Shown: positions 1 to 10,200, numbered from the stretch's first letter. The stretch: DNA of 64,000 nt from Patescibacteria group bacterium (GCA_041645215.1 JBAZQK010000004.1:2475-66474); one strand, 5' to 3'. Numbers and translations are program-made. The notes: generated by a model not told the origin, from the sequence alone.

Positions 1-807
1 CAATAAACTATCAATCACGGCTTTAAGTTGGGCATACGGTACCGCGCCCGCGACTGGTTGACCGTTAACAAATGTAGTGGGAGTGCCATTTACGCCAAAA
101 CTCGTGCCTTCCTGCAGGTCAGTTTGAACATGAGCGGTAAATTCGCCGCTATCAAGGCAAGTTTTAAACTTCGCTTCCGGTAGGCCAAGTTCTTGGGCGA
201 GCGGAACGAGCGCGTCCAGCGCGAAGCCGGTACCGTTGGACGCGGTACGCTCAAAAATTTTGTCGGTATAAGCCCAAAACTTGTCATTGCCGCCCAGTTT
301 CCCAGCGCACTCGGTCGCTTCCGCCTCTTTTTGGGCATTGGCGTGGAACGAAAGCGGAAAGTGGCGGTAAACCCAACGAACCTGACCAGGGTACTCCTTC
401 ATAATCTGTTGCATAACCGGATGAAACCGTTTACAAAAAGGACACTCCAGGTCAGAATACTCAACCAGCGTAATCGGCGCATTATTATCACCCAAAATAT
501 GGTCATCAGCCTTAACCGGGACATTAACCTTGCTCGGGGGGGAGGAAGGTTGATTAGGCACCGTCGTGGGGGACGACGAATCACCGCCTTGAGTTACGGT
601 TGGCGCCGCCGCTGAATTTAGAGCCAACCGGCCGGAAGAACTGTACCAAATTGCCAAGGCAAAACCAATCAAACTTATAATCGCGACGCCCGCCATCAGC
701 CCAGTTATGAACGCCAACTGGGGCGAGGCTCCGGTCCATAAACCGGGTTTTGGCGGTAAGGACGATTGAACAATATTTGAATCTTGCAAAATAGGAGATG
801 TTGTCAT
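1..807 (-). CDS. DsbA/thioredoxin-fold protein with N-terminal TM anchor (stop lies outside the window)
   Basis: Not in the ORF track. My translation from ATG at 807 gives ...DDHILGDNNAPITLVEYSDLECPFCKRFH...RHFPLSFH...GVNGTPTTFVNG...AVIDSLL, with CxxC and cis-Pro GTP motifs. Confidence 0.9.
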   Translation of the reverse strand, partial: MTTSPILQDSNIVQSSLPPKPGLWTGASPQLAFITGLMAGVAIISLIGFALAIWYSSSGRLALNSAAAPTVTQGGDSSSPTTVPNQPSSPPSKVNVPVKADDHILGDNNAPITLVEYSDLECPFCKRFHPVMQQIMKEYPGQVRWVYRHFPLSFHANAQKEAEATECAGKLGGNDKFWAYTDKIFERTASNGTGFALDALVPLAQELGLPEAKFKTCLDSGEFTAHVQTDLQEGTSFGVNGTPTTFVNGQPVAGAVPYAQLKAVIDSLL

Positions 808-880
808 AAATAAAATAAAATTAAATAATAAAAACAGCGATTTAATTTCGCTCCCGCCAGATTAAACTAACGGTGAGCGC

Positions 881-1321
881 TTAAACGCCGGCGGCAAAAA
901 AACTATAGGTTCTCGGGTTGAGCAAGCCTTGAGCCAAGGCTAAATTCAAAAAACTGTGTAATTTTATATCAGGATGATGAAGGCTGTAAAACTTCAAACC
1001 GTCGGCCGCCTGATCGTACAACCTTAGCGTTACAACCAAAGCGGCCCCGATGGACATCAGGACAATGGCAAAATCCCTCAACGGCGGTCGGGGTTGAGCG
1101 CTATGTGTCAGTAAATTGTAAACTGACTCTGTGCTATTATTTTGCAATTGGCAGCACTTATTACTCACGGCGACTACGGCCGAGTCAGTATATAAACCAT
1201 AATCGCCGGTCATACTGTGGGACGCCATAATTTGACAGTGTACCAGCAAACCTCCAATAAAAAAGCTAAACAGCGCTACAGCCGCGATAACGGTTCTAAA
1301 TTTGGCCGGATAAATTTCCAT
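881..1321 (-). CDS. Hypothetical membrane protein
   Basis: 146 aa ORF with two hydrophobic segments, co-oriented with the DsbA gene. Confidence 0.55.
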   Translation of the reverse strand: MEIYPAKFRTVIAAVALFSFFIGGLLVHCQIMASHSMTGDYGLYTDSAVVAVSNKCCQLQNNSTESVYNLLTHSAQPRPPLRDFAIVLMSIGAALVVTLRLYDQAADGLKFYSLHHPDIKLHSFLNLALAQGLLNPRTYSFFAAGV

Positions 1322-1515
1322 AACAATATTATATACTATAACACTAGGGAATACTATATACTATATTTCTCTAGTTGTCGTTCAGTGTCATTGGCTCATG
1401 ACAGAATCGTACCCCCGTGCAGTGTCATTTTAGATGATTGAATACGCGACTTAGACCAATGTTAATATAACTGATAGACTATACACTTAATCACACTAAG
1501 TATAAAACCATTGTT

Positions 1516-2766
1516 ATGACTGACTTTTCCCCCGCTAATCAAGGTTTTGACGGTTTAGGCATTGCGCCCAAGCTTATTGAAATTTTGGACAAATTAAAAT
1601 TCGTCACGCCCACCCCCATCCAACTCCAAGCTATTCCGCTCGCAATTACGGGTAAAGATGTTATGGGTGTGGCTCAAACCGGCACTGGCAAAACTTTGGC
1701 TTTTGGCATTCCGATGTTGCAGCGCTTGGCCCAAACCAAAGGCGCCCAGGGCCTAGTGGTACTGCCAACCCGCGAATTAGCTTTGCAGATAGAAGAAAGT
1801 CTAATGAAAATTGGCAAGGGCATCGGCTTGAGAACGGCCGTGCTAATTGGCGGCGAATACATTAACAAGCAAGTCAGAGCTTTGCGCCGCAACCCGCACA
1901 TTATTATTGCAACACCGGGACGATTGATTGATCATTTGGACCAAAAAAATTTAACCCTGCACAACGTTAGTATTCTGGTGCTGGACGAAGCTGACCATAT
2001 GTTGGACATGGGGTTTGCTCCGCAAATCAAAAATATTTTGCGCCAAGTACCGACCAATCGGCAAACCATGCTATTCTCGGCCACTATGCCTAAAACCATT
2101 ATTAATATGGCCACTAGCTGTATGAAACTGCCGATTCGGGTAGAAGTGGCGCCCTCCGGCACCACACCCGGCGATGTCAGCCATGAATTATTTTTTGTAA
2201 CTAAAGCCAACAAAATTTCATTACTTAAAAAACTATTAGAAGAGTATCGCGGCAGTGTGCTGATATTCAGCCGCACTAAATTCGGCGCCAAGCAAATCAC
2301 CCACACCCTGCGGAATAACGGCTTTACGGCGGCGGAAATACACTCCAACCGCTCGCTTAACCAGCGGCTGGAGGCCTTGTCTGGATTTAAACTTGGTATC
2401 TACCGCGTGTTAGTGGCGACTGATATTGCCGCCCGCGGTATCGACATTACCGGCATTGAACTGGTTGTGAACTACGACTTACCTGATAATCCGGAAGATT
2501 ACGTGCACCGCATCGGCCGAACCGGTCGGGCCGGCCACAAAGGCCACGCTATTTCCTTTGCCACACCGGAACAAAAATGGGACGTTAAAAGCATTGAGCA
2601 TGTTATAAAAATACCTTTGCCGGTTTCGCGCTCGCCCCATTTGGCTGGCCTGGCGTCTGAACCAGAGCCAGCGCGCACCGGCCAACGAGCGCCTAACCGC
2701 CGGCCGGATTTAGGCCGAGGCGCCCGACTGTCCAACCGCCGCTCTTTTCACCACCGCGGCCGCTAA
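1516..2766 (+). CDS. DEAD-box RNA helicase (RhlE-like)
   Basis: Q motif PTPIQ, AQTGTGKT, PTRELA, DEAD, SAT, HRIGRTGRAG and a basic C-terminal tail. Confidence 0.95.
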   Translation: MTDFSPANQGFDGLGIAPKLIEILDKLKFVTPTPIQLQAIPLAITGKDVMGVAQTGTGKTLAFGIPMLQRLAQTKGAQGLVVLPTRELALQIEESLMKIGKGIGLRTAVLIGGEYINKQVRALRRNPHIIIATPGRLIDHLDQKNLTLHNVSILVLDEADHMLDMGFAPQIKNILRQVPTNRQTMLFSATMPKTIINMATSCMKLPIRVEVAPSGTTPGDVSHELFFVTKANKISLLKKLLEEYRGSVLIFSRTKFGAKQITHTLRNNGFTAAEIHSNRSLNQRLEALSGFKLGIYRVLVATDIAARGIDITGIELVVNYDLPDNPEDYVHRIGRTGRAGHKGHAISFATPEQKWDVKSIEHVIKIPLPVSRSPHLAGLASEPEPARTGQRAPNRRPDLGRGARLSNRRSFHHRGR

Positions 2767-2776
2767 CGATAGTACT

Positions 2777-2806
2777 AAAAATCAGCCGTTGTAATCGGCT
2801 GATTTT
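2777..2806 (+). terminator. Probable intrinsic terminator after the helicase
   Basis: AAAATCAGCCG-loop-CGGCTGATTTT hairpin. Confidence 0.6.
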
Positions 2807-3042
2807 AGATATCAAATTTATAGCTGGATATCCACCTTACCTTCAGCCCGAGGCTGATTCTCGCCGGCACGCCCCGCCAAAGGCGAGGCTCCGCCGAATG
2901 GCGGGCCGAGGGCGGCGGATGGGCCTTGGGCGCACACCTTTTGAAACAGAGGTGAGAATCTGCCTATGGCATGAGGCGAAAACGCCCATGGTTTTAGGCG
3001 AAGCCCCGCTAAGCGGGGCGAAGGCGGATAAATTAACCTAAA

Positions 3043-3209
3043 TAGGACTTACGGGTTTGAGCCAAGTTCGAGGCAAAACCGAGCATTTGAGCGAGCCGTA
3101 GTAAAACTACGGTGAACGAAAAGCGGAGGTTTTAACAAAGAAATTGGCCAAAGCCGCTTGCGGGGTCGTCCCTGCGCCCGCCCTGCAAGCGGCCAACCCG
3201 TAAGTCCTA
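3043..3209. mobile_element. MITE-like element, copy 1 (TIR TAGGACTTACGGGTT / AACCCGTAAGTCCTA)
   Basis: Terminal inverted repeats and high similarity to the copy at 4724-4889. Confidence 0.8.
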
Positions 3210-3214
3210 CTAAA

Positions 3215-4687
3215 CTATAACTTGTCTAAATCAACTGTGTCATCAATCCGCACTTGCGCCACAAAATCCGGAATGTGACTTACTATAATCATGGCTCCGG
3301 CAAAAGCCTTTAACGCCCGCGCAATTACCGGCAAGTGCCGCCAATTTATGTGATTAGTCGGCTCGTCCAAAATTAGCAAACCAGGCTTAAATAGAACTAA
3401 GCGGGCAAACACCAATAGTCCTTTTTGCCCTTCGGACAAACTTTTAATTTGACTCGCCAAAATTTTGCCATCCAGTAAAAATCCTGCCGCGGTGGAACGC
3501 AATAAATGTTCGTCTTTTATTTCCATAACTTCTTCTAAACTGTCGTACGCTGTTTTTTTAAAATCAAGCGTGGAAAAATCCTGCCGACAATAACCAACCC
3601 GCACGTCTTGGCCAATGGTTACCCGTTGAGCTTGCCCTAATACTATTTTCTCTAAAAAAGTGCTTTTGCCGATTCCGTTGGGGCCAGTCAGCAACAAATG
3701 CGAACCGCGACGGAGCACAATATTAACCGCCTGGCTGACGGGCTCGCCCTGCTTAATAATACCAATCTGCAATATTTCCAAAATCTTACCGTTAAAATCA
3801 AAAGCAAATTCCTGGGTGGAAATTTCAAAATTACGGATAGTTTTATCCTCGCGCCGCACCTCCACCATACCCTCCTCCATATCGGCCGCATATTCACGCA
3901 TGCGCTTGGCCACGGAACGCAACTTCCCGCCTTTGTGGGCAAACACCTCGGCTTGGGCAATTTTCTTTTTTACGTCGGCCTCGGCCCGAGCGTTCAATTG
4001 GCGCTCCCGTTCAATCCGGCTGGCAATCTGCTCAACCACGTTAAAATAATTGCCCACATACTGTTCAATCTTTTGCGCATGCATATCCAAATACAACACG
4101 CCGTCAGTAAAAGCGTTTAAAAAGTCAGCATCGTGCGATATAACAATAACGGTTTTGTCATAGCTCATTAAAAAACCAGTCAAGTGGTTGATGCCGGTTT
4201 GATCAAGGTTGTTAGTTGGCTCGTCCAACAATAAAATATCCGGATCTTGCATAAGCGCGTAGGCCAATAATAAACGAGCTTGTTGGCCGCCGGAATGAGC
4301 CCGGACTTTTTTGGTTAAATCGGTTTTTAAATTAACCGCCTGTAACACGTCGCCAATATGTTTGTCCAAATTATATGGTATGTCTGTAAAAGTGGTGGCA
4401 AACCAAGCGCGCAGCGTTAAATCCAGATGGCTCGGCGCTATGACCTGTTTGGCAATGCCAATAGTGGCATTCTTAGGTGTAATAAAAATACCGCCGCGAG
4501 TCGGCGTAAGCTCGCCTAAAATAAGTTTGAACAACGAGGTTTTACCAGCCCCATTCTGGCCCATTAAGGCCACGCGCGAACCAGTGCGAATTGAAAAACT
4601 AACCTCATTCAAAATAGGTTTGTGGTCGGCGTGATTAAATACGACTTCGTCAAATCGAAGCACGACACTGTTATTTGGCATAACCAT
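3215..4687 (-). CDS. ABC-F family ATP-binding protein
   Basis: Two ABC domains (GQNGAGKT...LLLDEPTNNLD; GPNGIGKS...LILDEPTNH), a helical linker and no TM segments. Confidence 0.92.
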   Translation of the reverse strand: MVMPNNSVVLRFDEVVFNHADHKPILNEVSFSIRTGSRVALMGQNGAGKTSLFKLILGELTPTRGGIFITPKNATIGIAKQVIAPSHLDLTLRAWFATTFTDIPYNLDKHIGDVLQAVNLKTDLTKKVRAHSGGQQARLLLAYALMQDPDILLLDEPTNNLDQTGINHLTGFLMSYDKTVIVISHDADFLNAFTDGVLYLDMHAQKIEQYVGNYFNVVEQIASRIERERQLNARAEADVKKKIAQAEVFAHKGGKLRSVAKRMREYAADMEEGMVEVRREDKTIRNFEISTQEFAFDFNGKILEILQIGIIKQGEPVSQAVNIVLRRGSHLLLTGPNGIGKSTFLEKIVLGQAQRVTIGQDVRVGYCRQDFSTLDFKKTAYDSLEEVMEIKDEHLLRSTAAGFLLDGKILASQIKSLSEGQKGLLVFARLVLFKPGLLILDEPTNHINWRHLPVIARALKAFAGAMIIVSHIPDFVAQVRIDDTVDLDKL

Positions 4688-4723
4688 AACAGATTACGCT
4701 ATATGAACTGTTTTGACAATAAT

Positions 4724-4889
4724 TAGGACTTACGCGTTTGAGCCAAGTTCGAGGCAAAACCGAGCATTTGAGCAAGCCGTAGTAAAACTACGGTGAGCGA
4801 AAAGCCGAGGTTTTAACGAAGAAATTGGCCAAAGCCGCTTGCGGGGTCGGGCTGCGCCCGCCCCTAAGGCGGCAAGCGCGTAAGTCCTA
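4724..4889. mobile_element. MITE-like element, copy 2 (TIR TAGGACTTACGCG / CGCGTAAGTCCTA)
   Basis: Direct-orientation homolog of 3043-3209. Confidence 0.8.
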
Positions 4890-5007
4890 AATAATCAAGG
4901 GTAGTGAAACGCCACGGCCCTTAAGCCGTGGCGTCTTGGAGTACAATGGTTTCACGGAGCGAAACTCCCGCCCAAGGCGGGCTGGTACAAAGGGTAAAGA
5001 AGCCTAA

Positions 5008-6243
5008 TTATTCAGCCGCCAGGCTGGCGCCGGCCGTTTGTCCGGTTGCCCAAGCTGATTGCAAATTAAAACCGCCAGTAAATCCGTCTATATTCAAAAT
5101 CTCACCAACCAAATAAAGTCCCGCGCATACTTTGGATTGCATTGTACGCGGATCAACCTCGGTTAACTCTACGCCGCCGGCGGTAACAAACTCATCCCCG
5201 GCCCGGCGACCAATCACATTCAGTGGCAAATGCTTTAATCGTTGCTCAACCTGGTGCAAATCATATTTGCTCATAGCGGCGTTTTTCTGTTCCGGTGGAA
5301 TACTAAGTTGCCGGCATATTAGTTCGGCGACTGACAGTGGCACAAAATTATGTAAGGTATTTTTAAAACTTTTTTTAGGGTTGACCGACACCAGACTTTT
5401 TAATTCTGCCGCCATGGTCGCAACTGTTAAATCCGGCAACAAATCAATATAAACCGCCAGTGGCTTAGTGGCGCTATAATCAACAAACGCCATTAGTGAT
5501 GACAGAGCAAATACCGCCGGTCCGCTAATACCCCAATGAGTAAATACCAACGGACCCAAGGCGGCTTGGTATTTAGGCGTATCAGTCTGAATTTTCACCT
5601 TAATCAACGACACGCCAGTAAGTCGAGCCGGCCACTGCTCCTGAGTAGTAAAAGCATTAAGACTGGGCGCGAGTGGCGTAATATGATGCCCCAGCTGCTC
5701 GGCCAAACTATAGCCATCGCCAGTTGATCCGGTGTAACGCCGGGCTTGGCCACCTAAGGCCAACACGACCCTGTCTACTGCCAGCGACGGTTGAGTGGCA
5801 AAATCAACCCTAAACCCCTGGGCAGTTTTGGCAATATGCTTGACGGTATGCTTAAAAAGTAAGGTAGTTTTATGTAATGCAAAAATATTCTCAAAAACCT
5901 TAACCACCTCCTCGCCTTTGTTAGATAAAGGAAACAAACGACCGTCCGCCTCGCATTTAAGCGGTACATTATGATTGGCAAACCAAGCCTTGACTGCGGC
6001 CGGCGGAAAACGATGCATGGCTGAATTTAAAAATTTACCACCGCGGGGATATTTGCTAAGCACGACTTTTATATCAGTAAAGCCAGTGGTGACATTACAG
6101 CGCCCGCCGCCGGAAATAATTACTTTTTTACCCAGCGAGTCGTTTTTTTCCAACAAAAAAATTTCTATCTTGGGGTTAAGCTCGTTAATAGCGGCGGCAC
6201 ACATCATACCAGCCGCTCCGCCACCCACCACGGCAATTCTCAT
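5008..6243 (-). CDS. NAD(P)/FAD-dependent oxidoreductase, HI0933/BaiN family
   Basis: GGGAAG, GKKVIISGGGRCNVT, FTHWGISGPA, VTAGGV, DGFTGGFNLQSAW. Confidence 0.93.
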   Translation of the reverse strand: MRIAVVGGGAAGMMCAAAINELNPKIEIFLLEKNDSLGKKVIISGGGRCNVTTGFTDIKVVLSKYPRGGKFLNSAMHRFPPAAVKAWFANHNVPLKCEADGRLFPLSNKGEEVVKVFENIFALHKTTLLFKHTVKHIAKTAQGFRVDFATQPSLAVDRVVLALGGQARRYTGSTGDGYSLAEQLGHHITPLAPSLNAFTTQEQWPARLTGVSLIKVKIQTDTPKYQAALGPLVFTHWGISGPAVFALSSLMAFVDYSATKPLAVYIDLLPDLTVATMAAELKSLVSVNPKKSFKNTLHNFVPLSVAELICRQLSIPPEQKNAAMSKYDLHQVEQRLKHLPLNVIGRRAGDEFVTAGGVELTEVDPRTMQSKVCAGLYLVGEILNIDGFTGGFNLQSAWATGQTAGASLAAE

Positions 6244-6370
6244 ACATTATTATTTTTAAATATTAGATAAATTCTACCTTAGCACATCTTAATTGCTCTA
6301 AACCAGCCGCCTTAACTGCCATTAAACTTTTATTGCTTGGGCGGCTTCCCGGGCGACAAGGCAAACAAAA

Positions 6371-6393
6371 ACACCCCGAACCTGTCGGGGTGT
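6371..6393 (-). terminator. Probable terminator of the cold-shock gene
   Basis: ACACCCCGA-loop-TCGGGGTGT followed by a T-run on the minus strand. Confidence 0.55.
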
Positions 6394-6405
6394 TTAAGTT
6401 TACCG

Positions 6406-6603
6406 TTAGATGCGGCGAACATTGACGGCGCGCGGGCCTTTTTCAGCCTGCTCAGTATCAAACGATACTTTGTCGTCAACATGAAGCTCGTCAAAAGTTA
6501 CATCAACGAGAGCGGACGAGTGAAAAAACAAGTCCTTGTCTTGACCTTCGGGGGTAATGAAACCAAAACCCTTGTCAGTCAGACGCTTAATCGATCCATT
6601 CAT
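6406..6603 (-). CDS. Cold-shock protein (CSD)
   Basis: RNP1 KGFGFI, RNP2 LFFH, KGPRAVNV. Confidence 0.95.
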   Translation of the reverse strand: MNGSIKRLTDKGFGFITPEGQDKDLFFHSSALVDVTFDELHVDDKVSFDTEQAEKGPRAVNVRRI

Positions 6604-6802
6604 AGTAATATTTAAAATTATGAATTATGTGCTAATTTGAGCCTCAGAGCGGAAACTCGACCAATCTCCCGTTTAGGCTTTTTCGCAAACTCAATGTACC
6701 ATAATCTAACAATAGTGTAAAGGGCTATATATTTATTGCTATTGGAAACAAATTTTAAAACCCATATAAAACCGCCAACCATAGTGGCTCACGATTTTTT
6801 AT

Positions 6803-6887
6803 TTGGCTCCAAATAATGGATGATACTCGAACTTATTTTATGAAGGCTGGCGCTCAGGAATATAAGTTACCAGTGGGGGCAATATAA
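6803..6887 (+). other. att scar: TTGGCTCC core plus P'-arm remnant encoding a recombinase tail (WLQIMDDTRTYF...*)
   Basis: The core matches the tRNA-Asn 3' end and the att core at 23646 and 28465. The translation resembles WLRTLNEIRTFF of element 1. Confidence 0.65.
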
Positions 6888-6955
6888 CCGCGCAAAGTTG
6901 CCTTTGTGAAAATAAGAAATGGTAATTGGACCAGCAACAAGTTGAATAATAGTAA

Positions 6956-7127
6956 ACCCCGTTACACCCCGCCGAATCGGCGGGGCATTTTTGGGGAAGA
7001 TTTTTAATTTCCCATTCACCCCGTTAGAAGTCTCCACCAGTGGTGGAGTATCCCGACAGCCATTGGGATTGCTTCCAACGGGGTTCATCCCCGCCGAATC
7101 GGCGGGGCATTCTGGGTGTAACGGGGT
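6956..7127. repeat. Nested palindromic elements: outer ACCCCGTTACACCC..GGGTGTAACGGGGT, inner ACCCCGTTAGAAG..CTTCCAACGGGGT (7018-7084), plus two CCCCGCCGAATCGGCGGGG hairpins
   Basis: Inverted termini read directly from the sequence. Confidence 0.75.
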
Positions 7128-7250
7128 AAATCGCCAGGAAATATTATGTGAAGGAATAGAGTAGCAAGACTTATTTTTAATGTCTCAACTTGCCCAACTC
7201 CGCCGCTAAATTTTATACCAAATTCTTACTATTCGCCTATTTCCTCCAAA

Positions 7251-7315
7251 CCTGCCTGCCCACGGTCCCGCTGCGACGGAACCTCGCCTATAGCGGGGTG
7301 TGACCGGCAGGCAGG
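7251..7315. repeat. CCTGCCTGCC..GGCAGGCAGG palindromic insertion in a duplicated segment (7201-7343; empty copy about 7873-7954)
   Basis: Filled versus empty site comparison. Confidence 0.75.
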
Positions 7316-7972
7316 GGCGGGCGCGCGAATTAGATCATGGAAAAGATAGGATGGACAATCAAAAGTATGGTTCAACTTTTTAAAACCAATAGCCTCACCC
7401 AATAAAATAAATAGTATTAACCCCCCAGAGCAGGCTCTGGGCTCATATTCTGATTTTAATCCCGTAGCAAGCGGGCGCGGTATTATGATAAATGGAACTC
7501 CCTCCCGCTGTCCGCCGGCTGGCGGAATCCGGAGGTTATTCTGACGAAGCCCCGCTAAGCGGGGCGGAGGCGGATAAAAGAATCGAGTATCGAATAATTA
7601 AAATAGAACCCCCCAGCTAAAGCCGTGGTACCTGTCCCAACGCTCCTGCGGGGCGAACCGTAACACATATTGTGCGGCCGCACAATATGTGTTACGGCAT
7701 GCGGCCAGCGTCAGCCTTGGTCCCGAACTTTGCTCTGGTACAAAGGCGCCAGCGGACCAATTCACTCACCTTTGATGTACATCGGGGTGATCCTCTGGAC
7801 GCTGCGCTAGAATGAGTTGTGTTTTAACCTCTTGCTTTATTACCTAAAGGTTATATTTTTTTATACATCTCGCGCCATCAAATTTTGTGTTAAATTGTTA
7901 CTATTCGCCTATTCCCTCCAAAGGCGGGCAGACGCACGAATTAGATCATAGAAATGAACTACCTCACAGCCA

Positions 7973-8052
7973 GCCCCGTTAGAAAGCTTTGCACCGAGGA
8001 ATCTCAAAATGAGATATTAAAAACAAACTTAAAAACAACTTTCTAACGGGGC
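7973..8052. repeat. CCCCGTTAGAAAG..CTTTCTAACGGGG inverted-terminus element
   Basis: Same termini family as 7018, 15434 and 50897. Confidence 0.7.
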
Positions 8053-8317
8053 AAACCGACGAGGTATTGACAGCGGAGGAGAATAATAAAGAGATTGATT
8101 AAACATATTGTTCGGCCATTTGAATTCAATAATCCACAAAGTGAAATGAAACTCCCTGCCGATGTACAAAAGGGAGGGTATGCTGGCGCAGCCCCGCTTG
8201 GACGGGGCGCAGAAGAATAAACACCTCCGGTTGTAGAAATCTTCAGGTGTTTAAAATGCCACAACTTTGCTCGGGCGCCGCCCCGCCGAATCGGCGGGGC
8301 GCCGGCGGAAGTGATAA

Positions 8318-9889
8318 CTAAGGCTTAATTCCCTCTGCCGGCATGGTTTCGGCTGGAGCTGGCTTGGGCGACGGCACAAATTTATTGATGTCGAAATTTA
8401 AACTGGGCGGGTTAAATTGTTGTAACCCATTTTCCCAAGGCATCACATCTTTTTTACCCGTTAACTCCTGCATGTTGTTGTCAAAATCATTCCTTAACTC
8501 TTGCATTTCCATCAAACCCGAGGTGATTGCCTCTTCATCAATTGGCTTGACTTTGACTAATTCTAAAATTTCATTACCCTTGGCTTTGGACTGATTAAAC
8601 AGATCCTCTAATCCCGCCGTGTCAATTTTTTGCCGCTTTAATCTATTGATTTGCAGTTGCGCTTGGTTGATGCCTTGCTTAAATTCTCTGGTAAATTGGC
8701 CCAAATTGCTCATTGTTTGAATGACTCGTTGGTTTTGCCAGACATCTTCCATTTGACCAAAAAAGTCATCCGGCAGCGATTCAAAAATACCTTGAGCAAT
8801 TTCAGCATCACCGATTTGGATTTTATTGACAGCTTCATCTCTGACGGCTTTTAATTTATTAACCGCCGCCTCAAAGTCAGTATAAAGCGAAGTCAGGTCA
8901 ATGCCTTTTTTTTGCAGGCGGTCCACAATACTTTTACTGCGCTTGAGCGCGCTAGTCAGTTGTTTTAACTGTCTGTCCATATCCCTCAGGGTCTGCGGCC
9001 AGCGAACAAACATTTCCAACTGTTGACGGCTTTGTTGCAAATTGTCCATAAATTCCTGGATTTGATCAAGTCCGGCGTTTTCAATTTCGGTCCAGGTTTT
9101 GGCGTTGTTAATAATAGCAATAACAGCTTTTAATTTATCAAGGTTGTCAGTCACCTGGATTGGAACGCCTATTTTTTGTCTTTTCAGGGTAGCAATCTGC
9201 TTTTCAAACATTTTCACATCCCGTTCCAGACCACGCATATTGCGTTTAATATCATTAATCCGTTGGGCGGCCTCAACATATTCCTGGCGCGCTTCTTCTA
9301 GTGACCGCATCTCTTCGTTTAATCCTTCCATATCAATGTCCCCCATTTCATCCGTACTTTGGGCGACTTTAACAGATTTTATTGTTTCTTTAACTTTGGT
9401 TAGTTTGTCTTTTACTTCCGTGGGAATGTTAATGCCTTTCTTTTCCGCACTTTGGAACATGCGCTCCAGCCTGGTTAAATTAAGACCCATTTGATTTAAG
9501 CCGCGCTTCATGTCTGATAACTGCCGGTTTCTGTTTTCTTGTTCTCTTTTCATCATGTCTTCTTCACTCGGCCCAGCTGGCGCTCCGCTTGGACCAAAAC
9601 TTTCGCCCCCCGGACTCATGGGGCCTTGGTTATAATTACTGCACGGCCCGGGCATTTCTTGGCCGTTAATATTGCAAGTTTGTCCCGAGGTGTTAGGTTG
9701 CATTCCTGCTGGCGGTTGTGGCAAGGGTGTTTGTTCACCCAAAACTTTTTGTCGGCTCACTTTCCAGGCGTCTTTAAAATAGCTCGGCACTTCCAGATAA
9801 AAAGCTTGGGCCGGCATGGCTACCAGCCAAACGACTAATAATGCCAAGATAATATTAAATTTCCTGGCAAAAGATGATAATTTACACAT
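8318..9889 (-). CDS. Secreted coiled-coil hypothetical protein
   Basis: Signal peptide (AQA), Pro/Gly/Gln-rich region, then repeated helical units (KKGINIP / RQKIGVP / KKGIDL / RQKIDT). Confidence 0.8.
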   Translation of the reverse strand: MCKLSSFARKFNIILALLVVWLVAMPAQAFYLEVPSYFKDAWKVSRQKVLGEQTPLPQPPAGMQPNTSGQTCNINGQEMPGPCSNYNQGPMSPGGESFGPSGAPAGPSEEDMMKREQENRNRQLSDMKRGLNQMGLNLTRLERMFQSAEKKGINIPTEVKDKLTKVKETIKSVKVAQSTDEMGDIDMEGLNEEMRSLEEARQEYVEAAQRINDIKRNMRGLERDVKMFEKQIATLKRQKIGVPIQVTDNLDKLKAVIAIINNAKTWTEIENAGLDQIQEFMDNLQQSRQQLEMFVRWPQTLRDMDRQLKQLTSALKRSKSIVDRLQKKGIDLTSLYTDFEAAVNKLKAVRDEAVNKIQIGDAEIAQGIFESLPDDFFGQMEDVWQNQRVIQTMSNLGQFTREFKQGINQAQLQINRLKRQKIDTAGLEDLFNQSKAKGNEILELVKVKPIDEEAITSGLMEMQELRNDFDNNMQELTGKKDVMPWENGLQQFNPPSLNFDINKFVPSPKPAPAETMPAEGIKP

Positions 9890-10102
9890 AAGTTATTTTT
9901 AAAATTTAAGATTAAAATACTATCGACTTTTTAAAAACCATATTAAATGAAGCTTCTACGGGTTTATGGTTCGACTATGCTCACCATCCTGAGATTGTCG
10001 AAGGACGCCAGTAACATCCTTCATTTCTTCGTCCCGCCACGGCGGGACGAAGGCGGATAAAGGCAGGAAATATATATCCATTATACCATATAATTAAAAA
10101 AT

Positions 10103-10200
10103 AAAACACCAACCCAACGCTTTCACGTCGGTTTGTACTGTACACACTGGCTCGCTGTTGTGCTTGCCTGCCTTGAGTGGGGAGGAAATTAGAACTAAAA
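10103..10200 (+). other. att scar (attP-like remnant) around TGGCTC at 10148
   Basis: Reads ...GLYCTHWLAVV-[19-nt insertion]-EEIRTK, matching the recombinase C-terminal W-L-x4-IRT pattern. Confidence 0.55.

Noticed and set aside
90-615. ORFs 90-338, 193-615 and 399-584
   Set aside because: They are shadow frames of the DsbA-family gene at 1-807 (-).
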